A DNA stretch of 64,000 nt from assembly GCA_934131175.1 (NCBI GenBank), contig CAKOZD010000002.1:66403-130402 (forward strand). Reading direction: 5' to 3'. The stretch comes from an uncultured Bacilli bacterium. GTDB taxonomy: Bacteria; Bacillota_I; Bacilli_A; RF39; UBA660. Each line of letters begins with the position of its first letter. Position 1 is the first letter of the stretch. The notes beneath the pieces are model-generated. The model was not told the DNA's origin. It saw nothing but the letters and a program-made list of their open reading frames with translations, and searched no databases. Both the position numbers and the translations under genes were made by a program. Below are positions 49,631 through 58,443 of this stretch, piece by piece.

Positions 49631-50477
49631 ATCTTCTTAATAACCTTTTTATAAACATTTTTTTAGTTTTGGGTTTATCTGTATTTTCACGACTTTCATT
49701 AATTTTATTTTCTACTTCTGTATTTATTAGGTCTATTAAATCAGTTTGTTTTATATGACCTAGGTTATTTATATCCATATCTATATATTCGCCATCTCCG
49801 TTTGTTGTTAGAAAACCTGTTGCTGTTAAATAGAAAGCGTTATATACATTTATAGTGTTATTACTTATAAGAAATTTTATTGGATCTACTTCATATGTGT
49901 ATGGCTTACCAGTTTTGGCAAGTCCTGTCTTTAAAATGTCTTCATCGTTAGAGTCTTTCCAATCTAGAAATATATCTTTACATGCATTTTGGTATGCTGA
50001 TATTTGTTCCTCTGTTAGAGGTTTATGATATTTATTTCTTGATATGGCAATTAATGAAAAGTTAGTCATATAAGGAATTTCTGATTCCATAGAATATTCT
50101 TTAGCAAATTGTATCATTTGTTCAATTTCATCTTTTAACTCTTCTTTTTTGTATAAATTAAACTTTGTAAAAGCATCTATAATTTTAGGTGATAAAATAT
50201 GACCATTAGTTACCATTTCAATTGAGTTAACAGGAATTTTATCATTAATGATTTTATCAATTATATAAACAATCATATCTTCATTTAAAGTAGGTTCTCC
50301 TCCACTAAATACAATAGCATTTACTGTGACATTTTCCTTATTAATCATATTTAATATAAGGTCAACATCTTCTTTTGAAATATTTACTTTTTGACTTGGA
50401 CCACGCATACAGAAATCTTTACATATTAAATTGCAATTACGTGTTACTTCAATAGCAATTCTTTTAATATTTATATT
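49629..50477 (-). CDS. radical SAM protein with non-canonical CX3CX3C cluster motif
   Basis: Reverse-complement translation of 50390-50477 gives MNINIKRIAIEVTRNCNLICKDFCMRGPS. The Cys spacing is C-x3-C-x3-C. The AIVFSGGEPTLN glycine-rich SAM motif follows. 282 aa from ATG 50477 (the track extends to 50486). No SPASM-like C-terminal Cys cluster. Confidence 0.6.
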   Translation of the reverse strand, partial: NINIKRIAIEVTRNCNLICKDFCMRGPSQKVNISKEDVDLILNMINKENVTVNAIVFSGGEPTLNEDMIVYIIDKIINDKIPVNSIEMVTNGHILSPKIIDAFTKFNLYKKEELKDEIEQMIQFAKEYSMESEIPYMTNFSLIAISRNKYHKPLTEEQISAYQNACKDIFLDWKDSNDEDILKTGLAKTGKPYTYEVDPIKFLISNNTINVYNAFYLTATGFLTTNGDGEYIDMDINNLGHIKQTDLIDLINTEVENKINESRENTDKPKTKKMFIKRLLRR

Positions 50478-50637
50478 CATAAGCACTCCTTTTTTTGATT
50501 ATTATAATAAAATATTTTTTTGTGTCAATAAAAATACTACTTTTAGTTATTTTATTTTCTTTCTAAATCAGACTAATTATCTTTTTTAATATATCTTTTT
50601 TTTGATATTTTTTGTATAATTTATAGTAGGTGATAAT

Positions 50638-52692
50638 ATGAAAATAAATAATAAAGGTTTTTCATTAGTTGAATTACTGGCTGTTGTTGCAATTCTTGCT
50701 GTTTTAGCAACTGTTGGTATTTCTGCATATTCAAAGTATGTGGAAGATTCTAAGAGAACAATGTATGCAAAAATGGCAAAAGATTATATAAATGAGGCTA
50801 GAGTTCAAATTTCTAGTAAGGAAATCAAAAAGATTTCTAATCCAACGTATTCATATTATATTTCTATTGAGAAACTTTCAGATAATGATCCATTAGAACC
50901 ATCTCCGTTTGGTAAGTGGAATGAAGCTTATGTTATTTTTGTTCCTGGAAAAAACGGACAAGACAGATATTATTTTGCTAGTATCGATGAAGTTGGTTGG
51001 ATGATTGATGGAGTAGAAGAGTCTAAAATTACTAAAAATAGTGTTAAGCATGTTACTGATAAAGATTCATTAGATAAGAAATTTAAAGGTGATGGTACTG
51101 AAAAGATAATTACTATTAATGGAGATGGTACTAGAGGTGAGTCTAAAGAAACTATTGCTTGGACAATTTCTGAAACTAAGAAATGTTTTAGTTTTACTAA
51201 TTTAAGTAATGGTACTATAAGACTTAATTATTATAATCTTGCATGCGGTAAAGATGTTACTATACCAACACAAGTTGGTGGTAAAAAAGTAACTGAAATT
51301 TATACATCTACATTTGATAGTATGGGTATTACTAGTGTTAATTTACCTAGTACTTTAACTAGTATTGGGTCTCGTGCATTTATTAGTAATAATCTTACTT
51401 CTGTTAATATACCGAGTGGTTGTAAAAATATTGGGTCTGAGGCATTTTATAGTAATAAAATAAGTAGTGTTAAAATACCTAGTACTGTTTCAACAATTGG
51501 ACAAAGAGCTTTCTATAATAATAAAATAAGTGGTTATATATATAAGATTGTTCCAAATAAAGATGCAACTATTGGTTCATGTGCGTTCTGTAAAAATAAT
51601 GTATATGGTGCTGGATTTACATTTAGTGGTCAAGCAGTAAAGGGTTATATTGGAGATTTTTCTGAATTTGCTGATAAGAGGTTTATAATTCCTACAGAAA
51701 CTCCAGATGGAAAACCAGTAACTGAAATTAGTGGTTCAGCATTTTATGGATTACCTTTAGGTGGTTATACAGTTGTTATTCCAAGTACTGTTACAAAAAT
51801 TGGGGGTTCGGCGTTTAGTTTTTCAGGAATTAGTGCAGTAAACTTACCAAAAGGTTTAAAAACGATAGAGGGTTCAGCATTTTATTCATGTAGTTTAACA
51901 TCACTTGATATTCCTGATACTGTAACATCAATTGGTGGACTTGCTTTTAATAGAAATAGTGTTAGTGCATCAAGTAAAGATTTATGGATATATAGAAGAA
52001 CGGCTAGTGGAATAGATTATTCAACAATTATTGGATATTCAGGAGCAAATAGAACTAATTTAGTTATTCCAACAACTGCGGGTCCTAAAAAGACAACTCT
52101 TACAACTATTGGAGATAATGCTTTTAGATATTTGGACTTAAGAGGAAGTTTGGTAATACCAAGTACTGTTTCATCATATGGTTCACTTGCATTTAATCTT
52201 AATTATTTATCAAGTATTGATCAAGGATATGATACAAAAGGAAATAAAGTTGTATCTACTGATGGTATTATATATAAACGTACAGGAAGTGGAAAAGTAG
52301 ATACCTCATATGTATACTCTTTTGCAAATAATAATAATGCTCATCCTGTTATACCAAGCGGTGTTAAAACTATAGGACCATATGCATTTTATTATTCTAG
52401 AATTCAAAGCATAAGTTTACCAGAGGGACTTACTACTATTGGAAATAATGCTTTTGAACTTGCAGATTTACGTGGTACTGTTACAATTCCAAGTACAGTA
52501 ACATCTATTGGAAGTAATGCATTTTATAAAGCAAAGACATGGACATCATTTAATTATTATATGACGAAGATAGTAAACAAAACTAATCGTTCATTTGATT
52601 GGAAAAGTATAACTGGAGGTCCAAGTACTGCAAATTTTGTAACTGGTACTGTAGAAAATTGGTATGGAGATATTGAAGTAGTTAGGGGATAG
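50638..52692 (+). CDS. type IV prepilin-like protein fused to a BspA-type leucine-rich-repeat (LRR_5) domain (modular pilin/adhesin candidate)
   Basis: Class III signal MKINNKG|FSLVELLAVVAILAVLATVGI (Gly-1, Phe+1, Glu+5). Pilin-like head shared with the gene at 53046. Then at least 12 repeats of about 23-25 aa of the type (V)T.IG..AF....LTSV.IPSTVT.IG..AF. Confidence 0.6.
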   Translation: MKINNKGFSLVELLAVVAILAVLATVGISAYSKYVEDSKRTMYAKMAKDYINEARVQISSKEIKKISNPTYSYYISIEKLSDNDPLEPSPFGKWNEAYVIFVPGKNGQDRYYFASIDEVGWMIDGVEESKITKNSVKHVTDKDSLDKKFKGDGTEKIITINGDGTRGESKETIAWTISETKKCFSFTNLSNGTIRLNYYNLACGKDVTIPTQVGGKKVTEIYTSTFDSMGITSVNLPSTLTSIGSRAFISNNLTSVNIPSGCKNIGSEAFYSNKISSVKIPSTVSTIGQRAFYNNKISGYIYKIVPNKDATIGSCAFCKNNVYGAGFTFSGQAVKGYIGDFSEFADKRFIIPTETPDGKPVTEISGSAFYGLPLGGYTVVIPSTVTKIGGSAFSFSGISAVNLPKGLKTIEGSAFYSCSLTSLDIPDTVTSIGGLAFNRNSVSASSKDLWIYRRTASGIDYSTIIGYSGANRTNLVIPTTAGPKKTTLTTIGDNAFRYLDLRGSLVIPSTVSSYGSLAFNLNYLSSIDQGYDTKGNKVVSTDGIIYKRTGSGKVDTSYVYSFANNNNAHPVIPSGVKTIGPYAFYYSRIQSISLPEGLTTIGNNAFELADLRGTVTIPSTVTSIGSNAFYKAKTWTSFNYYMTKIVNKTNRSFDWKSITGGPSTANFVTGTVENWYGDIEVVRG

Positions 52693-52695
52693 AAT

Positions 52696-53022
52696 ATGAA
52701 AAATAAAAAAATTATTGTTATTGTAGTTTTTATAATTTCACTTATATTAATAGGAACAGGAATATTTCTTAGTTTAAAAGGAGACTATAATACTAAGAAT
52801 GAAAATAATGAAATAGATAATGGTGAAGTAATAGGAGATTATAATATTAATTATTATAATAGTGTAGATGAGGCAATTAACTATATTAAAGCTATAAGAA
52901 ATACAGAAAATGTTAATATTGTTAATGAAGACGAAAATAACTATTATATAGAAGTTAGTGTTGATAATAGTACTTTTAATTATGTTTATTCTAAAGTAGA
53001 TAATACTTTAACAGATGAATAA
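52696..53022 (+). CDS. small signal-anchored protein (possible non-canonical minor pseudopilin)
   Basis: 108 aa. N-terminal TM IIVIVVFIISLILIGTGIFL. Sits 3 nt after the upstream stop, between two prepilin genes. Confidence 0.35.
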   Translation: MKNKKIIVIVVFIISLILIGTGIFLSLKGDYNTKNENNEIDNGEVIGDYNINYYNSVDEAINYIKAIRNTENVNIVNEDENNYYIEVSVDNSTFNYVYSKVDNTLTDE

Positions 53023-53045
53023 TAGTATATTTAGGATGTGATAAT

Positions 53046-53648
53046 ATGTTTAGATTAAATAATAAAGGTTTTTCATTGATTGAACTTTTGGCAGCAATGG
53101 TTATTCTAATTATTTTGTTTTCATCAATTATGGTTAGTACAGGAGCAATAATTAGAAATTCTAATAAAAATGCATTTATTATTAATGCTAAGGCTTATGC
53201 TAATGCATTAAGAGAAAATAGTTATCAAGATGATTTAAGCATTGATGAAGAAGATAGCGTTTTCTTTATTGACCCTAAATATTTAGATATGGATAGTACT
53301 AATTATGAAAGTCCTTTTGGAGAGTATGTAGTTAATTATTTAGTTGTAACATACGATGGTGATAAATTTCACTACTTTTATGTAGCATATGATGATGAAG
53401 GTTGGGGGATTAGGTTAGGAAAAGAACTTACTAATTTAAAAAAGTCTGATGTTGAATTCTTAGATGATGATTTTAATGAAGAAATTTTTGAATATAAAAA
53501 ATTTAATAATTCAAATAAAAATTGTTCTAAACTTAAAAGTTATTTAATAAACGTAAATAATTCATCTGATCCGTTTAGTGATAAAACAAAAGCTGTATTT
53601 GTTGATAAAGAAGGAGAATTTACTACTGTTGATTTAAGTGGTTGCTAA
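53046..53648 (+). CDS. type IV prepilin-like protein (minor pilin/pseudopilin candidate)
   Basis: MFRLNNKG|FSLIELLAAMVILIILF class III signal peptide. The head domain is paralogous to the N-terminal 150 aa of the LRR fusion (ESPFGEYVVNYLVV..YFYVAYDDEGWGI vs PSPFGKWNEAYVIF..YYFASIDEVGWMI). Confidence 0.6.
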   Translation: MFRLNNKGFSLIELLAAMVILIILFSSIMVSTGAIIRNSNKNAFIINAKAYANALRENSYQDDLSIDEEDSVFFIDPKYLDMDSTNYESPFGEYVVNYLVVTYDGDKFHYFYVAYDDEGWGIRLGKELTNLKKSDVEFLDDDFNEEIFEYKKFNNSNKNCSKLKSYLINVNNSSDPFSDKTKAVFVDKEGEFTTVDLSGC

Positions 53649-53649
53649 G

Positions 53650-53680
53650 TAGATAGACTTTTCTATCTATTTTGTTTTCT
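53650..53680 (+). terminator. terminator-like hairpin after the pilin gene
   Basis: AGATAG-ACTTTT-CTATCT hairpin plus ATTTTGTTTTC. Confidence 0.45.
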
Positions 53681-53751
53681 TTAATAAAAAAATGTTAAAA
53701 AACTTATAATAAAAGTGATATAATTTTATTATGATAGAGGAGGATTTTTAT

Positions 53752-54900
53752 ATGGATTTAAATTATGACTCTAACCAATATGAAATAGGTGAAGGTGTTA
53801 TGTCTTCTATTAAAAGTTCAATAGATACTAGTAATTCATCAATAAAAAGTGATTTTGATAAAGTTATTAGTGTTGCGAATGATTATAAAATTAATTTGTC
53901 AAATACTATAAAACTTGATGATTTACAAAGTGATTTTTCTTCACTAAGTACTTATTTAGATGATGTTTCTAAAAGTGCACTTTTAGCTAAATCTGCAATT
54001 GATACTTATTCTAAAAGTGACGGTACAGAAGAAGACAGGCAAATATTGTTATCTGTTCTTGGAGCAAGTATAAGTACTTCTCAACCTAATGCTTTTGTTA
54101 GAACTGTTTATACTGGTTTAATGGGTGGAGCAATGTTTGGAGAAGGTTTTCTTAGTTTTTTTGAAGATGTTGGAGATTGTGCCATTGTTTTAGGTAGTGG
54201 AGTGGTTGGATTATTTGATAAAAAGAAAGCTCAAGAAATGAGAGATTTTGCATCTAAAAATTTATCTAAGGATTTATTTGAAAATAATTCTACATTTGAA
54301 AAAATCAATAAATATAGTTATTTTGATAAAAATAGTGTTTATGCTGATGTATTTAAATTAGGTGGAAAGGCTGCTGCTGCAGTAACTGTTGGTAGTGTTG
54401 CATCTAAGACTGTTAGTAGTTTTACAAAAGCAAAATCTACTGCTGTTGCATCTAATATTAGTACATTTGGAAGTGATACAAGAGAAAATTTGAGTAGAGG
54501 AATGGGATTAAAGAGTTCTTTAATGTTTGCTGGAGCAAGTCTTGCTACGACACATGCAGTTAATAAGTATCTGTCACCTGCCCTTGCATCTAAAGTAGGA
54601 GAAACAGTTGCTGGTACAAAGGTTGGAAATGTTATTAGAGGTGCTGATACAGTAGCATCTAGTGTTTTTGGAAGTAATGTTGATAATGTAAAAAGTGTTG
54701 CTCAAACTGCGGTTGATTACTCTATTAAAGAGACAAAATCAAAAACAGATAATTTAGTATCTGGTGATGGAAATGAAAAAACTACAAATGACGCGGTTGC
54801 TCAAGATGCTGCAAATCTAGGAATAGATACTGCTAAAACAACAGGTGAGCAAGTAATTGAAAAATCTATAGAAAAGGCTGTAGTTGATGCAGTGTTATAA
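53752..54900 (+). CDS. Gly/Ala/Ser/Val-rich hypothetical protein resembling the post-LXG linker region of T7SS polymorphic toxins (no toxin domain recognised)
   Basis: ATG 53752 with a GGAGG SD. SIKSDFDKV and TGLMGGAMFGEGFLSFFEDVGDCAIVLGSGVVGLFD, then GGKAAAAVTVGSVASKTVSSFTKAKSTAVAS. The composition mirrors the B. subtilis YeeF segments FIKSDFQKL...GFKGVAVGLYDSGKDAVVGLWD...VGTVVTSIVGTKGVGAVSKTGAAAKVTTKVKTAASK, as I recall that sequence. Confidence 0.35.
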   Translation: MDLNYDSNQYEIGEGVMSSIKSSIDTSNSSIKSDFDKVISVANDYKINLSNTIKLDDLQSDFSSLSTYLDDVSKSALLAKSAIDTYSKSDGTEEDRQILLSVLGASISTSQPNAFVRTVYTGLMGGAMFGEGFLSFFEDVGDCAIVLGSGVVGLFDKKKAQEMRDFASKNLSKDLFENNSTFEKINKYSYFDKNSVYADVFKLGGKAAAAVTVGSVASKTVSSFTKAKSTAVASNISTFGSDTRENLSRGMGLKSSLMFAGASLATTHAVNKYLSPALASKVGETVAGTKVGNVIRGADTVASSVFGSNVDNVKSVAQTAVDYSIKETKSKTDNLVSGDGNEKTTNDAVAQDAANLGIDTAKTTGEQVIEKSIEKAVVDAVL

Positions 54901-54915
54901 GAGGAGGTTAATATT

Positions 54916-55203
54916 ATGAATAATTTTTTACCAGTAGGAAGTGTAGTTTTATTAAAAAATGGTAAGAAACCAATATCGATTATTGGTTATAAGATGTCTT
55001 CTTTAGATAATAAATATTTAATGAAAGGTCATGAAACTACATCTAATAAAGTTTATGATTATTGTGCAGTACTATATCCAGAAGGGTTAATTAGTAGTGA
55101 CAACTTTATTTTGTTTGATAAAGAAAATATTGAAACTGTTATTTTCAAAGGGTATGAAAGTGATGATTGCAAGGAATTATTTGATTTTTTAAGTAAAGAA
55201 TAG
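54916..55203 (+). CDS. DUF4176-like small protein
   Basis: 95 aa. MNNFLPVGSVVLLKNGKKPISIIGYK fits the N-terminal L/PLGSVV.LK.G...LMIIGR pattern I associate with DUF4176, a family I recall being linked to Firmicutes T7SS/LXG loci. From memory, not verified. Confidence 0.4.
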   Translation: MNNFLPVGSVVLLKNGKKPISIIGYKMSSLDNKYLMKGHETTSNKVYDYCAVLYPEGLISSDNFILFDKENIETVIFKGYESDDCKELFDFLSKE

Positions 55204-55211
55204 GTGATAAT

Positions 55212-55847
55212 ATGGGATTTGTTAATATGAAAGAGTATTCTGAAAATAATTTACCTAAAGCAGGTAGTGCATCAGAATATGTTGTTTGTGAAAGTATTAG
55301 TAATTATCATCCTTTTGATATAAGTGGAGCATTTGATGCAATAGAGAGTGCTTGTAGTGAAGTTATTAGTAGTTCTAATGATTACTGTAATGATTTGAAA
55401 GATAAGATAACTTCTTTAGGAGACGAGTGGGGGCAAAAGTTTATCTCAATAAATGAAAAAGATATTGGTATAGTAGTTCCAGAGCAGTTTCAAGATGATT
55501 ATGATAATATTACAAGTCATATACAAGAACAAGTTGATAGATGTAAAACACTAGCATCAGATGTTAGTAATAGATTAGATGAAGTAAAATTATATGTGCA
55601 AAAGTTAGAAGAAAATTTGAAAACTTTTAATGATTTACGTAATAAAAAAAGTTCACTTGAAAGTAGTATTTCAAATTGTGAACGAAGTATAAGTGCTGAG
55701 TATTCTAAAGAACAAGTAAATAGTTCAGTTATTTCTAATTTGCAAGTTAAAAAGAATGGTTATGAAACAGAACTTGCAGGTGTTAATTCGAAAATATCTC
55801 AGTATAATATGATTAATGAACCAGATGGACAATGGATAGTTGCATAA
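55212..55847 (+). CDS. hypothetical coiled-coil protein with a W-x-G segment (SLGDEWGQKF)
   Basis: 211 aa. Predicted helical/coiled-coil C-terminal half. SD AGGTGA. Confidence 0.35.
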   Translation: MGFVNMKEYSENNLPKAGSASEYVVCESISNYHPFDISGAFDAIESACSEVISSSNDYCNDLKDKITSLGDEWGQKFISINEKDIGIVVPEQFQDDYDNITSHIQEQVDRCKTLASDVSNRLDEVKLYVQKLEENLKTFNDLRNKKSSLESSISNCERSISAEYSKEQVNSSVISNLQVKKNGYETELAGVNSKISQYNMINEPDGQWIVA

Positions 55848-55857
55848 ACTATCTTTT

Positions 55858-56565
55858 TTAATTACAAGAAATTCCATCAATACAAATATTTATTGTATAA
55901 ATACTGTTACCTCTATATTCATTATTTTTAAAATCATCATTGTCATCATATGTAAATACGCTAAATTGTATTTTAGAATCTATGTCAAAACAAGAATAAC
56001 TCATTTGCATTTTAAAAGCAGTAAATAAAGTGTTATCATTCATTTGATTGCTTTCTATATGAGAATAAAAACTTTTTCCTTGATTGGCATAGTCGTCATA
56101 TAAGTAATTCATTAGATATTCCCACTTATCAAAAGTGTTATCTGGACCATAAATATTATATGAAATATTTTCTCCATTTTTTAATTTAAATTTAATATTA
56201 AATCCTATTTTTAAATTATTATTGATATTTTTAAAATTAGTCCATTCATTATAAAAAGAAGTTGCAAAAGTATTATTTAGAGTAATTTCTTCTTTGTTAC
56301 TTGGAAATATTTGAAAAGTATCAATAAGTCCTTCTACTTCTAATTTTGTATTAATTGTATGTAGTTTTATTAATTTATTTCCAGATAGTTTATAAATACC
56401 AATTGGTGTGGTATTTAAATCTTTATAAGAGTCTTTTTCTGCTTTTACATTTTCTTCTTTAATTATTTCTTTTTGTGTTTTTGGTTCTTGTTCGTTTTTA
56501 TTTTCTTTTACACATCCTGTACAAATAGTTAATATAATTAATAGTATATATAGTGTTTTTTTCAT
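55858..56565 (-). CDS. lipoprotein (hypothetical)
   Basis: Lipobox ICTGC at residues 13-17. 235 aa. Beta-rich. Confidence 0.45.
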   Translation of the reverse strand: MKKTLYILLIILTICTGCVKENKNEQEPKTQKEIIKEENVKAEKDSYKDLNTTPIGIYKLSGNKLIKLHTINTKLEVEGLIDTFQIFPSNKEEITLNNTFATSFYNEWTNFKNINNNLKIGFNIKFKLKNGENISYNIYGPDNTFDKWEYLMNYLYDDYANQGKSFYSHIESNQMNDNTLFTAFKMQMSYSCFDIDSKIQFSVFTYDDNDDFKNNEYRGNSIYTINICIDGISCN

Positions 56566-56701
56566 AATATCAATCCTTTATTTAATTATATCAAATGATT
56601 AGTGCTTTATATTTTAAATTTTTATTAAAAAGTTATTGCTTTAATATTTTTGTTGTTTTAGAATATGGATTAATATTTAATTTGATTAGGGGAGATATAA
56701 A

Positions 56702-57241
56702 ATGAAAGAAAAAGTACAAGACGAAGTACAAGAAGAACAAGAAAATAAGTATGAGGAAATGCTTAGAAAAATTGATGAGTTAAGATATTTATATTATGCA
56801 AATGAGCATGATAAAGATGTTTGTGCTGCTATTGAGAAATGTATAAAAGATATGAAATTAGGTGAATTAGAATATCCTATTATTGATAAGAAAGAAGGAG
56901 AAGAAACATATAAATATGTTATGCTTGATGATGATTATGAATTTCCTACAATTGTTGAGACAACTTTAGAAGATTATCATGATGTTTCAGAAATGTTATA
57001 TATTGCTTATACTGCTCATGGTGATGATCAAATGTTTTTTATTGAGTTTGCAATAGAGCCGGAAGATTTATTTAAATTACTTTTATTACAAGCAAATATG
57101 GGGATTATCTCAATAAGTAAAACACCTTATACTGGTATGAATAATGTTCGTTACTGGGTTAGAAAACCTTATAGAAATTCATTTGGTGCATTTATTGATG
57201 GAAAGAAAAGTAAAAATTCAATGCAATATCAGAAAAAGTAA
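56702..57241 (+). CDS. hypothetical acidic cytoplasmic protein (immunity-protein-like)
   Basis: 179 aa. Acidic N-terminus. No motif recognised. Confidence 0.3.
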   Translation: MKEKVQDEVQEEQENKYEEMLRKIDELRYLYYANEHDKDVCAAIEKCIKDMKLGELEYPIIDKKEGEETYKYVMLDDDYEFPTIVETTLEDYHDVSEMLYIAYTAHGDDQMFFIEFAIEPEDLFKLLLLQANMGIISISKTPYTGMNNVRYWVRKPYRNSFGAFIDGKKSKNSMQYQKK

Positions 57242-57293
57242 TTGTTTTCTAGTTTGTTGAAGTTTATTTTATAATATTTCTATGGTGAAAGAT

Positions 57294-57719
57294 ATGGAAA
57301 AAAGGATTTATACACAAAAGTTTGAAGTAAATAAATTTAGTATTTCTATTTTTATGCTTATTTGTTTAATTATTTGTATATTTTTATTGATGTTAGGATT
57401 TTATAGTGTTTTTTCTTTATATTTAATATTGGCAATAGCTGTTATCTGTTTTATTGCTTTGTATTTGTTATTATATGTTTTATTATTTATAAAAAATAAT
57501 AAATTAATAATATATGACAATCATATAGAAGTAGTTGTTTTTGAATTTTTTCATGTAAAAAAATATAATTTAAAAATAGAAGATGTGCAAGAAGTAAATA
57601 TAGAGCATAATGTTGGTTGGGAAATATATATTGAATTGAAAAATAATGAAATTATAAGATTTAGTAGTTTATGTTTACCTTTAGGTAAGGGTCATATTAT
57701 GAGGCAAAAAAGTTATTGA
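57294..57719 (+). CDS. small membrane protein (two TM helices plus a beta-rich cytoplasmic domain)
   Basis: ATG 57294 with a GGTGAAAG SD. Two adjacent TM helices. Confidence 0.35.
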   Translation: MEKRIYTQKFEVNKFSISIFMLICLIICIFLLMLGFYSVFSLYLILAIAVICFIALYLLLYVLLFIKNNKLIIYDNHIEVVVFEFFHVKKYNLKIEDVQEVNIEHNVGWEIYIELKNNEIIRFSSLCLPLGKGHIMRQKSY

Positions 57720-57891
57720 ATGCTTTAAAAAAAGTTAACTTATAAGAATATTTAAGTTTTCTTTAATATTTTAATTATTAATTCATATTGATTGAGTAGG
57801 TTTATTTAAAACCTATTTTTTGTTATAATTTATTATAAAAATATGTATTATTTTAATTTTAAATTTTTGTTGCAATGGAGGTTTTGTAAAA

Positions 57892-58404
57892 ATGAATATT
57901 GAAATAAGAAAAGCTACAGCAAATGATGCTAGCAAAGTCATTGATTTTTGTAAGAAAGTTGGATCAGAAACAGATAATTTATCATATGGGTCTGAGGGAA
58001 TTGGTAGTAATATAGATAGAATTGCTAAATATTTAGATAATGTTTATAATTCTAATACTTCAGTTTTTCTCATTGCAATCATAGATAATGAAGTTGTTGG
58101 TTATGCCGAGTTTATGGGAATGTTTAGAAAAAGATTATCACATCTTGGAGAAATTGGAATAGCAGTTATAAAAGAATATCAAAATAAAAAAATTGGTTCA
58201 AATCTTATGAAACAATTAATTTATTATGTAAAAAATGATATTAATGCTGAAATAATTGAATTAAAGGTAAGAGTTGATAACGAAAAGGCAATTAATATGT
58301 ATAAAAAATTTGGTTTTAAAAAGATTGGATATTATGAGAAATATTTAAAAGTTGATGATAAGTATTTTGATTGTGATATTATGACATTATGTTTAAAAAG
58401 ATAG
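57892..58404 (+). CDS. GNAT-family N-acetyltransferase
   Basis: GNAT motif A region (IAVIKEYQNKKIGSNLMKQL) and motif B. 170 aa. Confidence 0.6.
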   Translation: MNIEIRKATANDASKVIDFCKKVGSETDNLSYGSEGIGSNIDRIAKYLDNVYNSNTSVFLIAIIDNEVVGYAEFMGMFRKRLSHLGEIGIAVIKEYQNKKIGSNLMKQLIYYVKNDINAEIIELKVRVDNEKAINMYKKFGFKKIGYYEKYLKVDDKYFDCDIMTLCLKR

Positions 58405-58443
58405 TTAAATTTTTAATAGTATTTATATTCTAAGGAGACGAAA

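Noticed and set aside
55840-56028. 62-aa + strand ORF overlapping the 3' end of the lipoprotein gene at 55858-56565(-)
   Set aside because: Antisense to a gene with lipobox and SD. No start context.
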